This document shows positions 8,032 through 19,765 of a stretch of DNA of 32,000 bases, in pieces (position 1 is the stretch's first letter; the number at the start of each line of letters is the position of its first letter). The stretch is from Mycobacterium tuberculosis H37Rv (GTDB lineage Bacteria; Actinomycetota; Actinomycetes; Mycobacteriales; Mycobacteriaceae): positions 1,440,001 through 1,472,000 of the forward strand of contig NC_000962.3 in assembly GCF_000195955.2 (NCBI RefSeq), written 5' to 3'. The position numbers and the translations under genes are program-made. The notes under the pieces were generated by a model. The model had not been told where the DNA came from. It did no database searches and saw nothing but the letters and a program-made list of their open reading frames with translations.

Positions 8032-9371
8032 ACGAGCTGCTGCACTTAGCGCCGAATGTGTGGCCGCGCAATACTACTCGCGATGAAGTCGGTGTGGTCT
8101 GCATCGCAGGAATTCCACTGACGCAGCTCGCCCAGGAGTACGGGACCCCGCTGTTCGTCATCGACGAGGACGACTTTCGCTCGCGCTGCCGAGAAACCGC
8201 CGCGGCCTTTGGAAGTGGGGCGAACGTGCACTATGCCGCCAAGGCGTTCCTGTGCAGCGAAGTAGCCCGGTGGATCAGCGAAGAAGGGCTCTGTCTGGAC
8301 GTTTGCACCGGTGGGGAGTTGGCGGTCGCGCTGCACGCTAGCTTTCCGCCCGAGCGAATTACCTTGCACGGCAACAACAAATCGGTCTCAGAGTTGACCG
8401 CTGCGGTCAAAGCCGGAGTCGGCCATATTGTCGTCGATTCGATGACCGAGATCGAGCGCCTCGACGCCATCGCGGGCGAGGCCGGAATCGTCCAGGATGT
8501 CCTGGTGCGTCTCACCGTCGGTGTCGAGGCGCACACCCACGAGTTCATCTCCACCGCGCACGAGGACCAGAAATTCGGGTTATCGGTGGCCAGCGGCGCG
8601 GCCATGGCAGCGGTGCGGCGCGTTTTCGCCACTGATCACCTGCGCCTGGTTGGGCTACACAGCCACATCGGTTCGCAGATCTTCGACGTGGACGGCTTCG
8701 AACTCGCCGCGCACCGTGTCATCGGCCTGCTACGCGACGTCGTCGGCGAGTTCGGTCCCGAAAAGACGGCACAGATCGCGACCGTCGATCTCGGTGGCGG
8801 CTTGGGCATCTCGTATTTGCCGTCCGACGACCCACCGCCGATAGCCGAGCTCGCGGCCAAGCTGGGTACCATCGTGAGCGACGAGTCAACGGCCGTGGGG
8901 CTGCCGACGCCCAAGCTCGTTGTGGAGCCCGGACGCGCCATCGCCGGACCGGGCACCATCACGTTGTATGAGGTCGGCACCGTTAAGGACGTCGATGTCA
9001 GCGCCACAGCGCATCGACGTTACGTCAGTGTCGACGGCGGCATGAGCGACAACATCCGCACCGCGCTCTACGGCGCGCAGTATGACGTCCGGCTGGTGTC
9101 TCGAGTCAGCGACGCCCCGCCGGTACCGGCCCGTCTGGTCGGAAAGCACTGCGAAAGTGGCGATATCATCGTGCGGGACACCTGGGTGCCCGACGATATT
9201 CGGCCCGGCGATCTGGTTGCGGTTGCCGCCACCGGCGCTTACTGCTATTCGCTGTCGAGTCGTTACAACATGGTCGGCCGTCCCGCTGTGGTAGCGGTGC
9301 ACGCGGGCAACGCTCGCCTGGTCCTGCGTCGGGAGACGGTCGACGATTTGCTGAGTTTGGAAGTGAGGTGA
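8028..9371 (+). CDS. lysA: Diaminopimelate decarboxylase, 447 aa
   Basis: PLP-lysine context [15 protein letters not shown], and the CESGD motif of group IV decarboxylases. GTG 8028 overlaps the argS stop (aTGTGA). Confidence 0.95.
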
Positions 9372-9374
9372 CCC

Positions 9375-10696
9375 GTGCCCGGTGACGAAAAGCCGGTCGG
9401 CGTAGCGGTACTCGGTTTGGGCAACGTCGGCAGCGAGGTTGTCCGCATCATCGAGAACAGCGCCGAGGATCTCGCGGCTCGTGTCGGTGCCCCATTGGTC
9501 CTGCGGGGCATCGGCGTGCGCCGCGTGACGACCGATCGCGGCGTGCCGATCGAATTGTTGACCGACGACATTGAAGAGCTCGTGGCCCGCGAGGATGTCG
9601 ATATCGTGGTGGAAGTGATGGGGCCGGTGGAACCGTCGCGCAAGGCGATCCTGGGCGCCCTTGAGCGCGGCAAGTCCGTCGTTACGGCGAACAAGGCTTT
9701 ACTCGCCACCTCCACCGGCGAATTGGCACAGGCCGCCGAAAGCGCCCATGTTGATCTGTATTTCGAGGCGGCCGTGGCGGGCGCCATTCCGGTCATCCGT
9801 CCGCTCACCCAGTCGCTGGCCGGCGACACGGTGCTGCGAGTGGCCGGGATCGTCAACGGCACCACCAACTACATCCTCTCGGCGATGGACAGCACCGGCG
9901 CTGACTATGCCAGCGCCCTGGCCGACGCAAGTGCGCTGGGCTATGCGGAGGCTGATCCCACCGCAGACGTCGAAGGCTACGACGCCGCGGCCAAGGCAGC
10001 GATCCTGGCATCCATTGCCTTCCACACCCGGGTGACCGCAGACGACGTGTATCGCGAAGGCATCACCAAGGTCACTCCGGCCGACTTCGGATCCGCGCAC
10101 GCGCTGGGTTGCACCATCAAACTGCTGTCGATCTGTGAGCGCATAACCACCGACGAAGGTTCGCAGCGGGTATCGGCCCGCGTCTATCCGGCCCTGGTAC
10201 CTCTGTCGCATCCGCTTGCCGCGGTCAACGGCGCGTTCAATGCCGTGGTGGTCGAGGCCGAGGCCGCGGGCCGGCTGATGTTCTACGGCCAGGGCGCGGG
10301 CGGCGCGCCGACCGCCTCTGCGGTGACCGGTGACCTAGTGATGGCCGCCCGCAACCGGGTACTCGGCAGCCGCGGCCCCCGTGAGTCTAAATACGCTCAA
10401 CTTCCGGTGGCACCAATGGGTTTCATTGAAACGCGCTATTACGTCAGCATGAACGTCGCCGACAAGCCGGGCGTCTTGTCCGCGGTGGCGGCGGAATTCG
10501 CCAAACGCGAGGTGAGCATCGCCGAGGTGCGCCAGGAGGGCGTTGTGGACGAAGGTGGTCGACGGGTGGGAGCCCGAATCGTGGTGGTCACGCACCTCGC
10601 CACTGACGCCGCACTCTCGGAAACCGTTGATGCACTGGACGACTTGGATGTCGTGCAGGGTGTGTCCAGCGTGATACGACTGGAAGGAACCGGCTT

Positions 10697-10700
<4 letters not shown>
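9375..10700 (+). CDS. hom: Homoserine dehydrogenase with a C-terminal ACT domain, 441 aa
   Basis: N-terminal Rossmann motif [13 protein letters not shown], catalytic-domain motifs ([16 protein letters not shown]), and an ACT-like tail ([16 protein letters not shown]). Confidence 0.95.
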
Positions 10701-12947
<2,247 letters not shown>

Positions 12948-12948
12948 T

Positions 12949-12962
12949 CCGCAAGGTTGCGG
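12949..12962 (+). terminator. Small hairpin plus T-rich tract just after thrB, a weak candidate terminator
   Basis: CCGCAAGGTTGCGG is self-complementary (CCGCA/TGCGG around AGGT). It sits 2 nt after the thrB TAA and is followed by GGGTTTGCTTGCTT. A second hairpin GCTTCC-GGCCA-GGAAGC lies at 12973-12989. Confidence 0.35.
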
Positions 12963-13203
12963 GGGTTTGCTTGCTTCCGGCCAGGAAGCGGGCTATCCTC
13001 GGAGCCGTCCAGCAATCGCAGCATCTGCATACGTACTGCCTTGCCGCTAGGACAGCCACCAATTCTTCTTGTGGACGAGGTTCGCCGTATTCGCCGCTGA
13101 TGGCGATCACCGTTGCAAAGTCGATGATTGGCGCACTCGGCGATTTGGCTGACTGCAACAAAACCCCGTATGACGTGATCAGCGGGGGAAGGAAAGGAAA
13201 TCC

Positions 13204-15012
13204 GTGACCGATACGGACCTCATTACGGCTGGCGAAAGTACCGACGGCAAGCCGTCGGATGCCGCTGCCACAGATCCCCCAGACCTCAACGCCGACGAGC
13301 CGGCCGGCTCGCTGGCCACCATGGTGCTGCCCGAACTGCGTGCGCTGGCTAATCGAGCCGGCGTGAAGGGAACATCGGGTATGCGGAAGAACGAACTGAT
13401 CGCTGCGATTGAGGAGATCAGGCGACAGGCCAACGGCGCCCCAGCCGTTGACCGGTCGGCTCAAGAGCACGACAAGGGCGACCGGCCGCCCAGTTCCGAG
13501 GCACCGGCCACCCAGGGGGAACAGACCCCGACCGAACAGATCGATTCCCAAAGCCAACAGGTCCGCCCGGAGCGGCGCAGCGCCACCCGTGAAGCGGGAC
13601 CCTCCGGCTCCGGTGAGCGTGCGGGCACAGCCGCAGACGACACCGACAACCGCCAAGGCGGTCAACAGGACGCCAAGACCGAGGAGCGTGGCACCGACGC
13701 GGGTGGCGACCAAGGGGGTGACCAGCAGGCTTCGGGCGGTCAGCAGGCGCGCGGCGACGAGGACGGAGAAGCGCGTCAGGGCCGGCGCGGACGCCGGTTC
13801 CGCGATCGGCGGCGCCGCGGTGAACGATCCGGCGACGGCGCCGAGGCTGAACTGCGTGAGGACGACGTCGTCCAGCCGGTAGCCGGCATACTCGACGTCC
13901 TGGACAACTACGCGTTTGTGCGCACCTCCGGCTACCTACCCGGTCCGCACGACGTGTATGTGTCGATGAACATGGTGCGCAAGAACGGCATGCGCCGTGG
14001 TGATGCGGTGACCGGTGCGGTGCGGGTGCCCAAGGAAGGGGAGCAACCCAACCAGCGGCAGAAGTTCAACCCGCTGGTCCGCCTGGACAGCATCAACGGC
14101 GGATCGGTCGAAGACGCCAAGAAGCGGCCCGAGTTCGGCAAACTGACGCCGTTGTACCCCAACCAGCGGCTTCGTCTGGAAACCAGTACCGAGCGGCTGA
14201 CCACCCGGGTCATCGACCTCATCATGCCGATCGGCAAGGGTCAACGCGCGTTGATTGTGTCGCCGCCCAAAGCGGGCAAGACAACGATCCTGCAGGACAT
14301 CGCCAACGCGATCACCAGGAACAACCCGGAATGCCACCTCATGGTCGTGCTCGTCGACGAGCGGCCTGAGGAGGTCACCGATATGCAGCGCTCGGTCAAA
14401 GGCGAGGTCATCGCTTCAACTTTCGACCGGCCGCCGTCGGACCACACGTCGGTCGCCGAGCTGGCGATCGAACGCGCCAAGCGGCTGGTGGAGCAAGGCA
14501 AGGACGTCGTGGTGCTGCTCGATTCAATCACCCGGCTAGGCCGCGCTTACAACAACGCGTCGCCGGCGTCGGGCCGGATCCTGTCCGGTGGTGTCGATTC
14601 CACGGCGTTGTACCCGCCCAAGCGCTTCCTGGGGGCCGCGCGCAACATCGAAGAGGGCGGGTCGCTGACCATCATCGCCACTGCGATGGTCGAGACCGGG
14701 TCCACTGGTGACACGGTCATTTTCGAGGAGTTCAAGGGCACCGGCAACGCCGAGCTCAAGCTGGACCGCAAGATCGCCGAGCGGCGGGTTTTCCCTGCGG
14801 TCGACGTGAACCCTTCTGGAACCCGCAAGGACGAGCTACTGCTGTCGCCCGACGAGTTCGCTATTGTGCACAAGCTGCGCCGCGTGCTATCGGGCCTGGA
14901 TTCCCACCAGGCCATCGACCTGCTGATGTCGCAGCTGCGTAAGACGAAGAACAACTACGAATTCCTTGTTCAGGTGTCCAAGACCACGCCAGGGTCCATG
15001 GACAGCGACTGA
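13204..15012 (+). CDS. rho: Transcription termination factor Rho, 602 aa, with a long low-complexity insertion in the N-terminal domain
   Basis: Rho_N motif LPELRALANRAGVKGTSGMRKNELIAAI, cold-shock-like RNA-binding domain (GILDVLDNYAFVRTSGY), and Walker A PPKAGKT. GTG is preceded by GGAAGGAAAGGAAA. Confidence 0.96.
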   Translation: MTDTDLITAGESTDGKPSDAAATDPPDLNADEPAGSLATMVLPELRALANRAGVKGTSGMRKNELIAAIEEIRRQANGAPAVDRSAQEHDKGDRPPSSEAPATQGEQTPTEQIDSQSQQVRPERRSATREAGPSGSGERAGTAADDTDNRQGGQQDAKTEERGTDAGGDQGGDQQASGGQQARGDEDGEARQGRRGRRFRDRRRRGERSGDGAEAELREDDVVQPVAGILDVLDNYAFVRTSGYLPGPHDVYVSMNMVRKNGMRRGDAVTGAVRVPKEGEQPNQRQKFNPLVRLDSINGGSVEDAKKRPEFGKLTPLYPNQRLRLETSTERLTTRVIDLIMPIGKGQRALIVSPPKAGKTTILQDIANAITRNNPECHLMVVLVDERPEEVTDMQRSVKGEVIASTFDRPPSDHTSVAELAIERAKRLVEQGKDVVVLLDSITRLGRAYNNASPASGRILSGGVDSTALYPPKRFLGAARNIEEGGSLTIIATAMVETGSTGDTVIFEEFKGTGNAELKLDRKIAERRVFPAVDVNPSGTRKDELLLSPDEFAIVHKLRRVLSGLDSHQAIDLLMSQLRKTKNNYEFLVQVSKTTPGSMDSD

Positions 15013-15013
15013 T

Positions 15014-15033
15014 CCGGCGAGACGGCTCGCCGG
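15014..15033 (+). terminator. Perfect 8-bp stem / 4-nt loop hairpin immediately after the rho stop
   Basis: CCGGCGAG-ACGG-CTCGCCGG begins 2 nt after the TGA at 15010-15012. No U-tract follows (GAATGTCC). Confidence 0.4.
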
Positions 15034-15162
15034 GAATGTCCGCACGCATCTCGGTGTTTGGGGTGATAGCGGTTGACCTGGCATAATCGATGCTCAACGA
15101 GTTGGAACCGGACCAGGTTCTCGGCACGCCACGACGGGCGGCCACCGATCACAGAGGGCAGC

Positions 15163-15405
15163 ATGAAATCTGACATTCATCCGGCATATGAGGAGACCAC
15201 CGTGGTCTGCGGATGCGGCAATACCTTCCAGACGCGTAGCACCAAGCCGGGAGGTCGTATTGTGGTTGAGGTTTGTTCGCAGTGTCATCCGTTCTACACC
15301 GGCAAGCAGAAGATCCTCGACAGCGGCGGCCGGGTGGCTCGCTTCGAGAAGCGGTACGGCAAGCGCAAGGTCGGAGCTGACAAGGCGGTTTCAACCGGCA
15401 AATAG
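15163..15405 (+). CDS. rpmE: 50S ribosomal protein L31, Zn-ribbon (C+) type, 80 aa
   Basis: MKSDIHPAY start, CGCG...[10 protein letters not shown] Zn-ribbon cysteines. ATG 15163 is internal to the 110-aa track ORF. Confidence 0.95.
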
Positions 15406-15413
15406 CTGGCTTA

Positions 15414-15456
15414 CCGACGCCCGAACTGTGCACCAGCGGTACAGGACGGGCGTCGG
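15414..15456 (+). terminator. Hairpin after rpmE, a candidate terminator or processing structure
   Basis: CCGACGCCCG (15414-15423) pairs perfectly with CGGGCGTCGG (15447-15456). CTGT/ACAG pairing within the intervening 23 nt may extend the stem. It is followed by TTCGCGTT and starts 9 nt after the rpmE TAG. Confidence 0.45.
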
Positions 15457-15494
15457 TTCGCGTTAGGGTCCGCGCTCGCGGGAAGAAGGTTGAC

Positions 15495-16568
15495 ATGACG
15501 CAGCCAGTGCAGACGATTGACGTGTTGCTCGCCGAACACGCCGAGCTCGAGCTTGCGCTGGCAGATCCCGCGCTGCACAGCAATCCGGCCGAGGCGCGCA
15601 GAGTCGGGCGCCGGTTTGCCCGATTGGCCCCGATCGTCGCAACCCACCGCAAGCTGACGTCCGCGCGCGACGACCTCGAGACCGCGCGCGAGCTGGTGGC
15701 TTCCGACGAGTCGTTCGCCGCCGAGGTTGCCGCATTGGAGGCTCGGGTGGGCGAACTGGATGCCCAACTCACTGACATGTTGGCACCGCGTGACCCGCAC
15801 GATGCCGATGACATTGTGCTGGAAGTCAAATCCGGCGAGGGGGGCGAAGAATCCGCGTTGTTCGCCGCCGATTTGGCCAGGATGTATATCCGCTACGCCG
15901 AGCGGCACGGCTGGGCGGTGACGGTGTTGGACGAGACCACCTCGGATCTGGGTGGGTACAAGGACGCGACGTTGGCGATTGCCAGCAAAGCCGACACCCC
16001 CGACGGGGTGTGGTCGCGCATGAAGTTCGAGGGCGGGGTGCACCGCGTACAACGGGTCCCAGTGACGGAATCCCAAGGCCGCGTGCATACTTCGGCGGCG
16101 GGTGTGCTGGTCTATCCGGAGCCCGAGGAAGTCGGCCAAGTGCAGATCGACGAGTCGGATCTGCGTATCGACGTTTTCCGGTCGTCCGGCAAGGGCGGGC
16201 AGGGAGTGAATACCACCGACTCCGCGGTGCGTATCACCCATCTGCCCACTGGAATCGTCGTCACCTGTCAGAACGAACGGTCGCAGCTGCAGAACAAGAC
16301 GCGTGCGTTGCAGGTGCTGGCCGCTCGGTTGCAGGCAATGGCCGAGGAGCAGGCGCTGGCCGACGCGTCGGCCGACCGGGCTAGCCAAATCCGCACTGTG
16401 GACCGTAGTGAACGCATTCGCACCTACAACTTCCCGGAGAACCGGATCACCGACCACCGGATCGGTTACAAGTCACACAATCTCGATCAGGTGCTGGATG
16501 GCGATCTTGACGCGTTGTTCGACGCTCTGTCCGCCGCGGACAAGCAATCCCGGTTGCGACAATCATGA
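15495..16568 (+). CDS. prfA: Peptide chain release factor 1, 357 aa
   Basis: GGQ motif ([17 protein letters not shown]) and the RF1-specific PVT tripeptide ([10 protein letters not shown]). Confidence 0.96.
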   Translation: MTQPVQTIDVLLAEHAELELALADPALHSNPAEARRVGRRFARLAPIVATHRKLTSARDDLETARELVASDESFAAEVAALEARVGELDAQLTDMLAPRDPHDADDIVLEVKSGEGGEESALFAADLARMYIRYAERHGWAVTVLDETTSDLGGYKDATLAIASKADTPDGVWSRMKFEGGVHRVQRVPVTESQGRVHTSAAGVLVYPEPEEVGQVQIDESDLRIDVFRSSGKGGQGVNTTDSAVRITHLPTGIVVTCQNERSQLQNKTRALQVLAARLQAMAEEQALADASADRASQIRTVDRSERIRTYNFPENRITDHRIGYKSHNLDQVLDGDLDALFDALSAADKQSRLRQS

Positions 16569-17542
16569 CCTCCGCGCCGGCGACGATGCGGTGGGGGAAC
16601 CTCCCGCTTGCGGGGGAGAGCGGCACAATGACCCTGCGTCAGGCGATCGACTTGGCTGCTGCGCTATTGGCCGAAGCGGGGGTCGACTCGGCGCGTTGCG
16701 ACGCTGAGCAGTTGGCCGCTCACCTAGCGGGCACAGACCGCGGTAGGCTACCCCTGTTCGAGCCGCCCGGCGACGAGTTCTTCGGGCGCTATCGCGACAT
16801 CGTCACCGCTCGTGCGCGGCGGGTGCCGTTGCAGCATCTCATCGGGACTGTGTCGTTTGGGCCCGTGGTGCTGCATGTCGGCCCGGGTGTGTTTGTACCG
16901 CGTCCGGAGACCGAAGCCATTTTGGCCTGGGCCACCGCGCAGTCGCTGCCGGCGCGGCCGCTGATTGTCGACGCATGCACGGGATCTGGCGCGTTGGCGG
17001 TCGCATTGGCCCAGCACCGGGCCAACCTTGGACTAAAGGCCCGCATCATCGGCATTGACGACTCCGACTGCGCCCTTGACTATGCCCGCCGCAATGCGGC
17101 GGGTACCCCGGTAGAGTTGGTGCGTGCCGACGTCACCACGCCCCGCCTGCTCCCCGAACTCGACGGACAAGTCGACCTGATGGTTTCCAACCCGCCCTAC
17201 ATCCCTGATGCTGCTGTTTTGGAACCTGAAGTAGCGCAACATGACCCGCATCACGCGTTGTTCGGCGGTCCCGACGGGATGACGGTGATATCCGCGGTCG
17301 TCGGGCTTGCTGGGCGCTGGCTGCGTCCCGGTGGCCTGTTCGCCGTCGAACACGACGACACCACGTCGTCGTCAACTGTCGATTTGGTCAGCAGCACAAA
17401 ACTTTTCGTGGACGTACAAGCCCGGAAAGATCTGGCCGGACGGCCGAGGTTTGTGACGGCGATGAGGTGGGGGCACCTCCCGCTTGCAGGGGAGAACGGC
17501 GCCATTGACCCGCGCCAGCGACGATGCAGAGCGAAGCGATGA
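16565..17542 (+). CDS. hemK: Release-factor glutamine N5-methyltransferase (HemK/PrmC). As drawn it is 325 aa, with both termini encoded by MIRU repeats. The functional start may be ATG 16628.
   Basis: NPPY catalytic motif (MVSNPPYIP) and SAM-binding [13 protein letters not shown] 16565 overlaps the prfA stop (ATGA). Typical PrmC N-terminal sequence begins at [14 protein letters not shown] (ATG 16628). Confidence 0.9.
   Translation: MTSAPATMRWGNLPLAGESGTMTLRQAIDLAAALLAEAGVDSARCDAEQLAAHLAGTDRGRLPLFEPPGDEFFGRYRDIVTARARRVPLQHLIGTVSFGPVVLHVGPGVFVPRPETEAILAWATAQSLPARPLIVDACTGSGALAVALAQHRANLGLKARIIGIDDSDCALDYARRNAAGTPVELVRADVTTPRLLPELDGQVDLMVSNPPYIPDAAVLEPEVAQHDPHHALFGGPDGMTVISAVVGLAGRWLRPGGLFAVEHDDTTSSSTVDLVSSTKLFVDVQARKDLAGRPRFVTAMRWGHLPLAGENGAIDPRQRRCRAKR
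16572..16632 (+). repeat. MIRU (mycobacterial interspersed repetitive unit), ~61-bp variant, at the prfA-hemK junction
   Basis: CCGCGCCGGCGACGATGCGGTGGGGGAACCTCCCGCTTGCGGGGGAGAGCGGCACAATGAC matches the units at 17459-17562 apart from an internal gap. Its 3' end AATGAC contains ATG 16628. Confidence 0.8.
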
Positions 17543-17562
17543 GGAGAAGCGGCGCCATTGAC
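17459..17562 (+). repeat. MIRU locus at the hemK-Rv1301 junction: one 5'-truncated unit (17459-17509) plus one 53-bp unit (17510-17562)
   Basis: GCGATGAGGTGGGGGCACCTCCCGCTTGCAGGGGAGAACGGCGCCATTGAC followed by CCGCGCCAGCGACGATGCAGAGCGAAGCGATGAGGAGAAGCGGCGCCATTGAC. The reverse-strand translation gives the peptide I associate with MIRUs ([28 protein letters not shown]). 53 bp is the size I recall for the short MIRU variant. Confidence 0.85.
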
Positions 17563-18211
17563 TGAGACGTTCGACTGCGCCGACCCCGAGCAGCGTTCGC
17601 GTGGAATCGTCTCTGCGGTAGGGGCAATCAAGGCGGGCCAACTGGTGGTGATGCCTACGGACACGGTGTATGGGATCGGCGCCGACGCCTTCGACAGCTC
17701 CGCGGTGGCCGCGTTGCTGTCGGCAAAGGGGCGGGGTCGCGATATGCCGGTAGGTGTGCTGGTCGGCTCTTGGCACACGATCGAGGGGCTGGTCTACTCT
17801 ATGCCCGACGGTGCCCGCGAACTGATTCGCGCATTCTGGCCCGGCGCGCTCAGCCTGGTGGTCGTGCAAGCGCCGTCGCTGCAATGGGATCTTGGCGATG
17901 CCCATGGCACCGTGATGCTGCGAATGCCGCTGCACCCGGTCGCCATCGAGTTGTTGCGTGAGGTGGGTCCGATGGCGGTATCCAGCGCCAACATCTCGGG
18001 CCACCCACCCCCGGTCGACGCCGAACAGGCACGCTCTCAACTCGGCGACCACGTCGCGGTCTATCTCGACGCGGGTCCATCCGAACAGCAGGCCGGCTCC
18101 ACGATCGTCGATCTGACCGGAGCCACCCCACGCGTCCTGCGGCCGGGGCCGGTCAGCACCGAGCGGATCGCCGAGGTACTTGGTGTGGACGCGGCCAGCT
18201 TGTTCGGCTAG
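17558..18211 (+). CDS. YrdC/Sua5/TsaC-family L-threonylcarbamoyladenylate synthase (t6A biosynthesis), 217 aa (Rv1301-like)
   Basis: Family motif VMPTDTVYGIGADAF...KGR, and SANISG. The TTG start lies inside the 3' ATTGAC of the MIRU. Confidence 0.9.
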   Translation: MTETFDCADPEQRSRGIVSAVGAIKAGQLVVMPTDTVYGIGADAFDSSAVAALLSAKGRGRDMPVGVLVGSWHTIEGLVYSMPDGARELIRAFWPGALSLVVVQAPSLQWDLGDAHGTVMLRMPLHPVAIELLREVGPMAVSSANISGHPPPVDAEQARSQLGDHVAVYLDAGPSEQQAGSTIVDLTGATPRVLRPGPVSTERIAEVLGVDAASLFG

Positions 18212-18273
18212 CCGCCGAACGTGCACGCACTGCGAAGATTCGGCCAATTGTTCGCAGCTGTTGCACGTTCGGC
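18202..18273 (+). promoter_or_regulatory. Alternative-hairpin RNA element between Rv1301 and wecA, a possible attenuator, terminator or stabiliser
   Basis: GCCGAAC (18214-18220) can pair with GTTCGGC at 18202-18208, which covers the last codons and flanks the TAG. Alternatively, as part of the 12-nt GCCGAACGTGCA, it can pair with TGCACGTTCGGC at 18262-18273. That larger structure also has an inner 7-bp stem CTGCGAA/TTCGCAG (18230-36/18251-57). Confidence 0.45.
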
Positions 18274-18294
18274 GAGTGTTCAGCTCTCAGGTTG

Positions 18295-19509
18295 GTGCAG
18301 TACGGTCTCGAGGTGTCCAGCGATGTGGCCGGCGTTGCCGGTGGCTTGCTCGCCCTGTCCTATCGCGGCGCCGGTGTCCCGCTGCGTGAGCTTGCGCTGG
18401 TCGGGCTGACCGCGGCGATCATCACCTATTTTGCGACCGGTCCGGTGCGGATGCTGGCCAGTCGCCTGGGAGCCGTCGCCTACCCGCGGGAGCGAGATGT
18501 GCACGTCACGCCTACCCCTCGGATGGGTGGGTTGGCGATGTTCCTGGGCATTGTCGGCGCCGTCTTTCTTGCCTCCCAGCTTCCGGCACTCACCCGGGGG
18601 TTCGTCTATTCCACCGGCATGCCCGCGGTGCTGGTGGCCGGTGCGGTGATCATGGGCATCGGCCTGATCGATGATCGTTGGGGTCTGGATGCACTGACGA
18701 AGTTCGCCGGCCAGATCACGGCGGCGAGCGTTCTGGTCACCATGGGTGTCGCCTGGAGTGTCCTGTACATCCCGGTGGGTGGTGTGGGCACCATCGTCTT
18801 GGACCAGGCTTCCTCGATCCTGCTTACCCTGGCGCTGACCGTTTCGATCGTCAACGCGATGAACTTTGTCGACGGTCTCGACGGGCTGGCCGCCGGCCTG
18901 GGCCTGATAACGGCGCTGGCAATCTGCATGTTCTCGGTGGGTTTGCTTCGTGACCACGGTGGTGACGTTTTGTACTACCCGCCGGCGGTGATTTCGGTGG
19001 TCCTGGCCGGGGCCTGCCTGGGCTTTCTGCCACACAACTTCCACCGGGCCAAGATCTTCATGGGCGATTCCGGGTCGATGCTGATCGGCCTGATGCTGGC
19101 CGCCGCTTCCACCACCGCGGCCGGGCCGATCTCGCAGAACGCCTACGGCGCTCGTGATGTATTTGCTTTGCTGTCGCCGTTCCTGCTGGTGGTGGCGGTC
19201 ATGTTTGTGCCAATGCTCGACCTGCTGCTAGCGATCGTCCGTCGCACCCGCGCCGGCCGCAGCGCGTTTAGCCCGGACAAAATGCACCTGCATCACCGGC
19301 TGCTGCAGATCGGTCATTCCCATCGGCGCGTGGTCCTGATCATCTACCTGTGGGTGGGCATCGTTGCCTTCGGCGCCGCGAGCTCGATCTTCTTTAACCC
19401 GCGCGACACCGCGGCGGTGATGCTGGGCGCGATCGTGGTCGCCGGCGTCGCGACACTGATCCCCCTGTTGCGCCGCGGCGACGACTACTACGACCCGGAC
19501 CTGGACTAG
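18295..19509 (+). CDS. wecA: Decaprenyl-phosphate GlcNAc-1-phosphate transferase (WecA/Rfe, MraY-family), ~404 aa
   Basis: Polytopic membrane protein with the family motif NAMNFVDGLDGLA and FMGDSGS. The start is ambiguous between TTG 18292 and GTG 18295. Confidence 0.93.
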   Translation: MQYGLEVSSDVAGVAGGLLALSYRGAGVPLRELALVGLTAAIITYFATGPVRMLASRLGAVAYPRERDVHVTPTPRMGGLAMFLGIVGAVFLASQLPALTRGFVYSTGMPAVLVAGAVIMGIGLIDDRWGLDALTKFAGQITAASVLVTMGVAWSVLYIPVGGVGTIVLDQASSILLTLALTVSIVNAMNFVDGLDGLAAGLGLITALAICMFSVGLLRDHGGDVLYYPPAVISVVLAGACLGFLPHNFHRAKIFMGDSGSMLIGLMLAAASTTAAGPISQNAYGARDVFALLSPFLLVVAVMFVPMLDLLLAIVRRTRAGRSAFSPDKMHLHHRLLQIGHSHRRVVLIIYLWVGIVAFGAASSIFFNPRDTAAVMLGAIVVAGVATLIPLLRRGDDYYDPDLD

Positions 19510-19707
19510 CCCGGAGCCGAGAACTACGACAAGGAGTAGTAGTGGTGTCTACCTTGTGGTACGGTGCGGCTAGAACCCCGAAGGAGACCTCGCGGGTTGC
19601 CGGCCCCCGGCCCATCGGATGCGTATCCGGTCGCGCCGATTCACGACCGACATAGGGAGCTACCCCTTGGGTGATTCCGGTGCGACGACTGCGATACGCT
19701 CGGCGGG

Positions 19708-19733
19708 CCACCGATCAGTCGATCGGGTGGTTT
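19708..19733 (+). terminator. Hairpin plus TTT in the wecA-atp spacer, a candidate terminator or attenuator
   Basis: CCACCGATC-AGTC-GATCGGGTGG (9 bp with a one-nt bulge) followed by TTTCC. It lies ~35 nt upstream of the Rv1303-like start. Confidence 0.3.
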
Positions 19734-19765
19734 CCGCTCCATCAGCCCGGAATTGAGGTGCCGCA

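Noticed and set aside
15411-16457. 348-aa minus-strand ORF antisense to prfA
   Set aside because: It lies opposite a conserved release-factor gene, its composition is typical of an off-frame high-GC translation, and there is no SD or motif.
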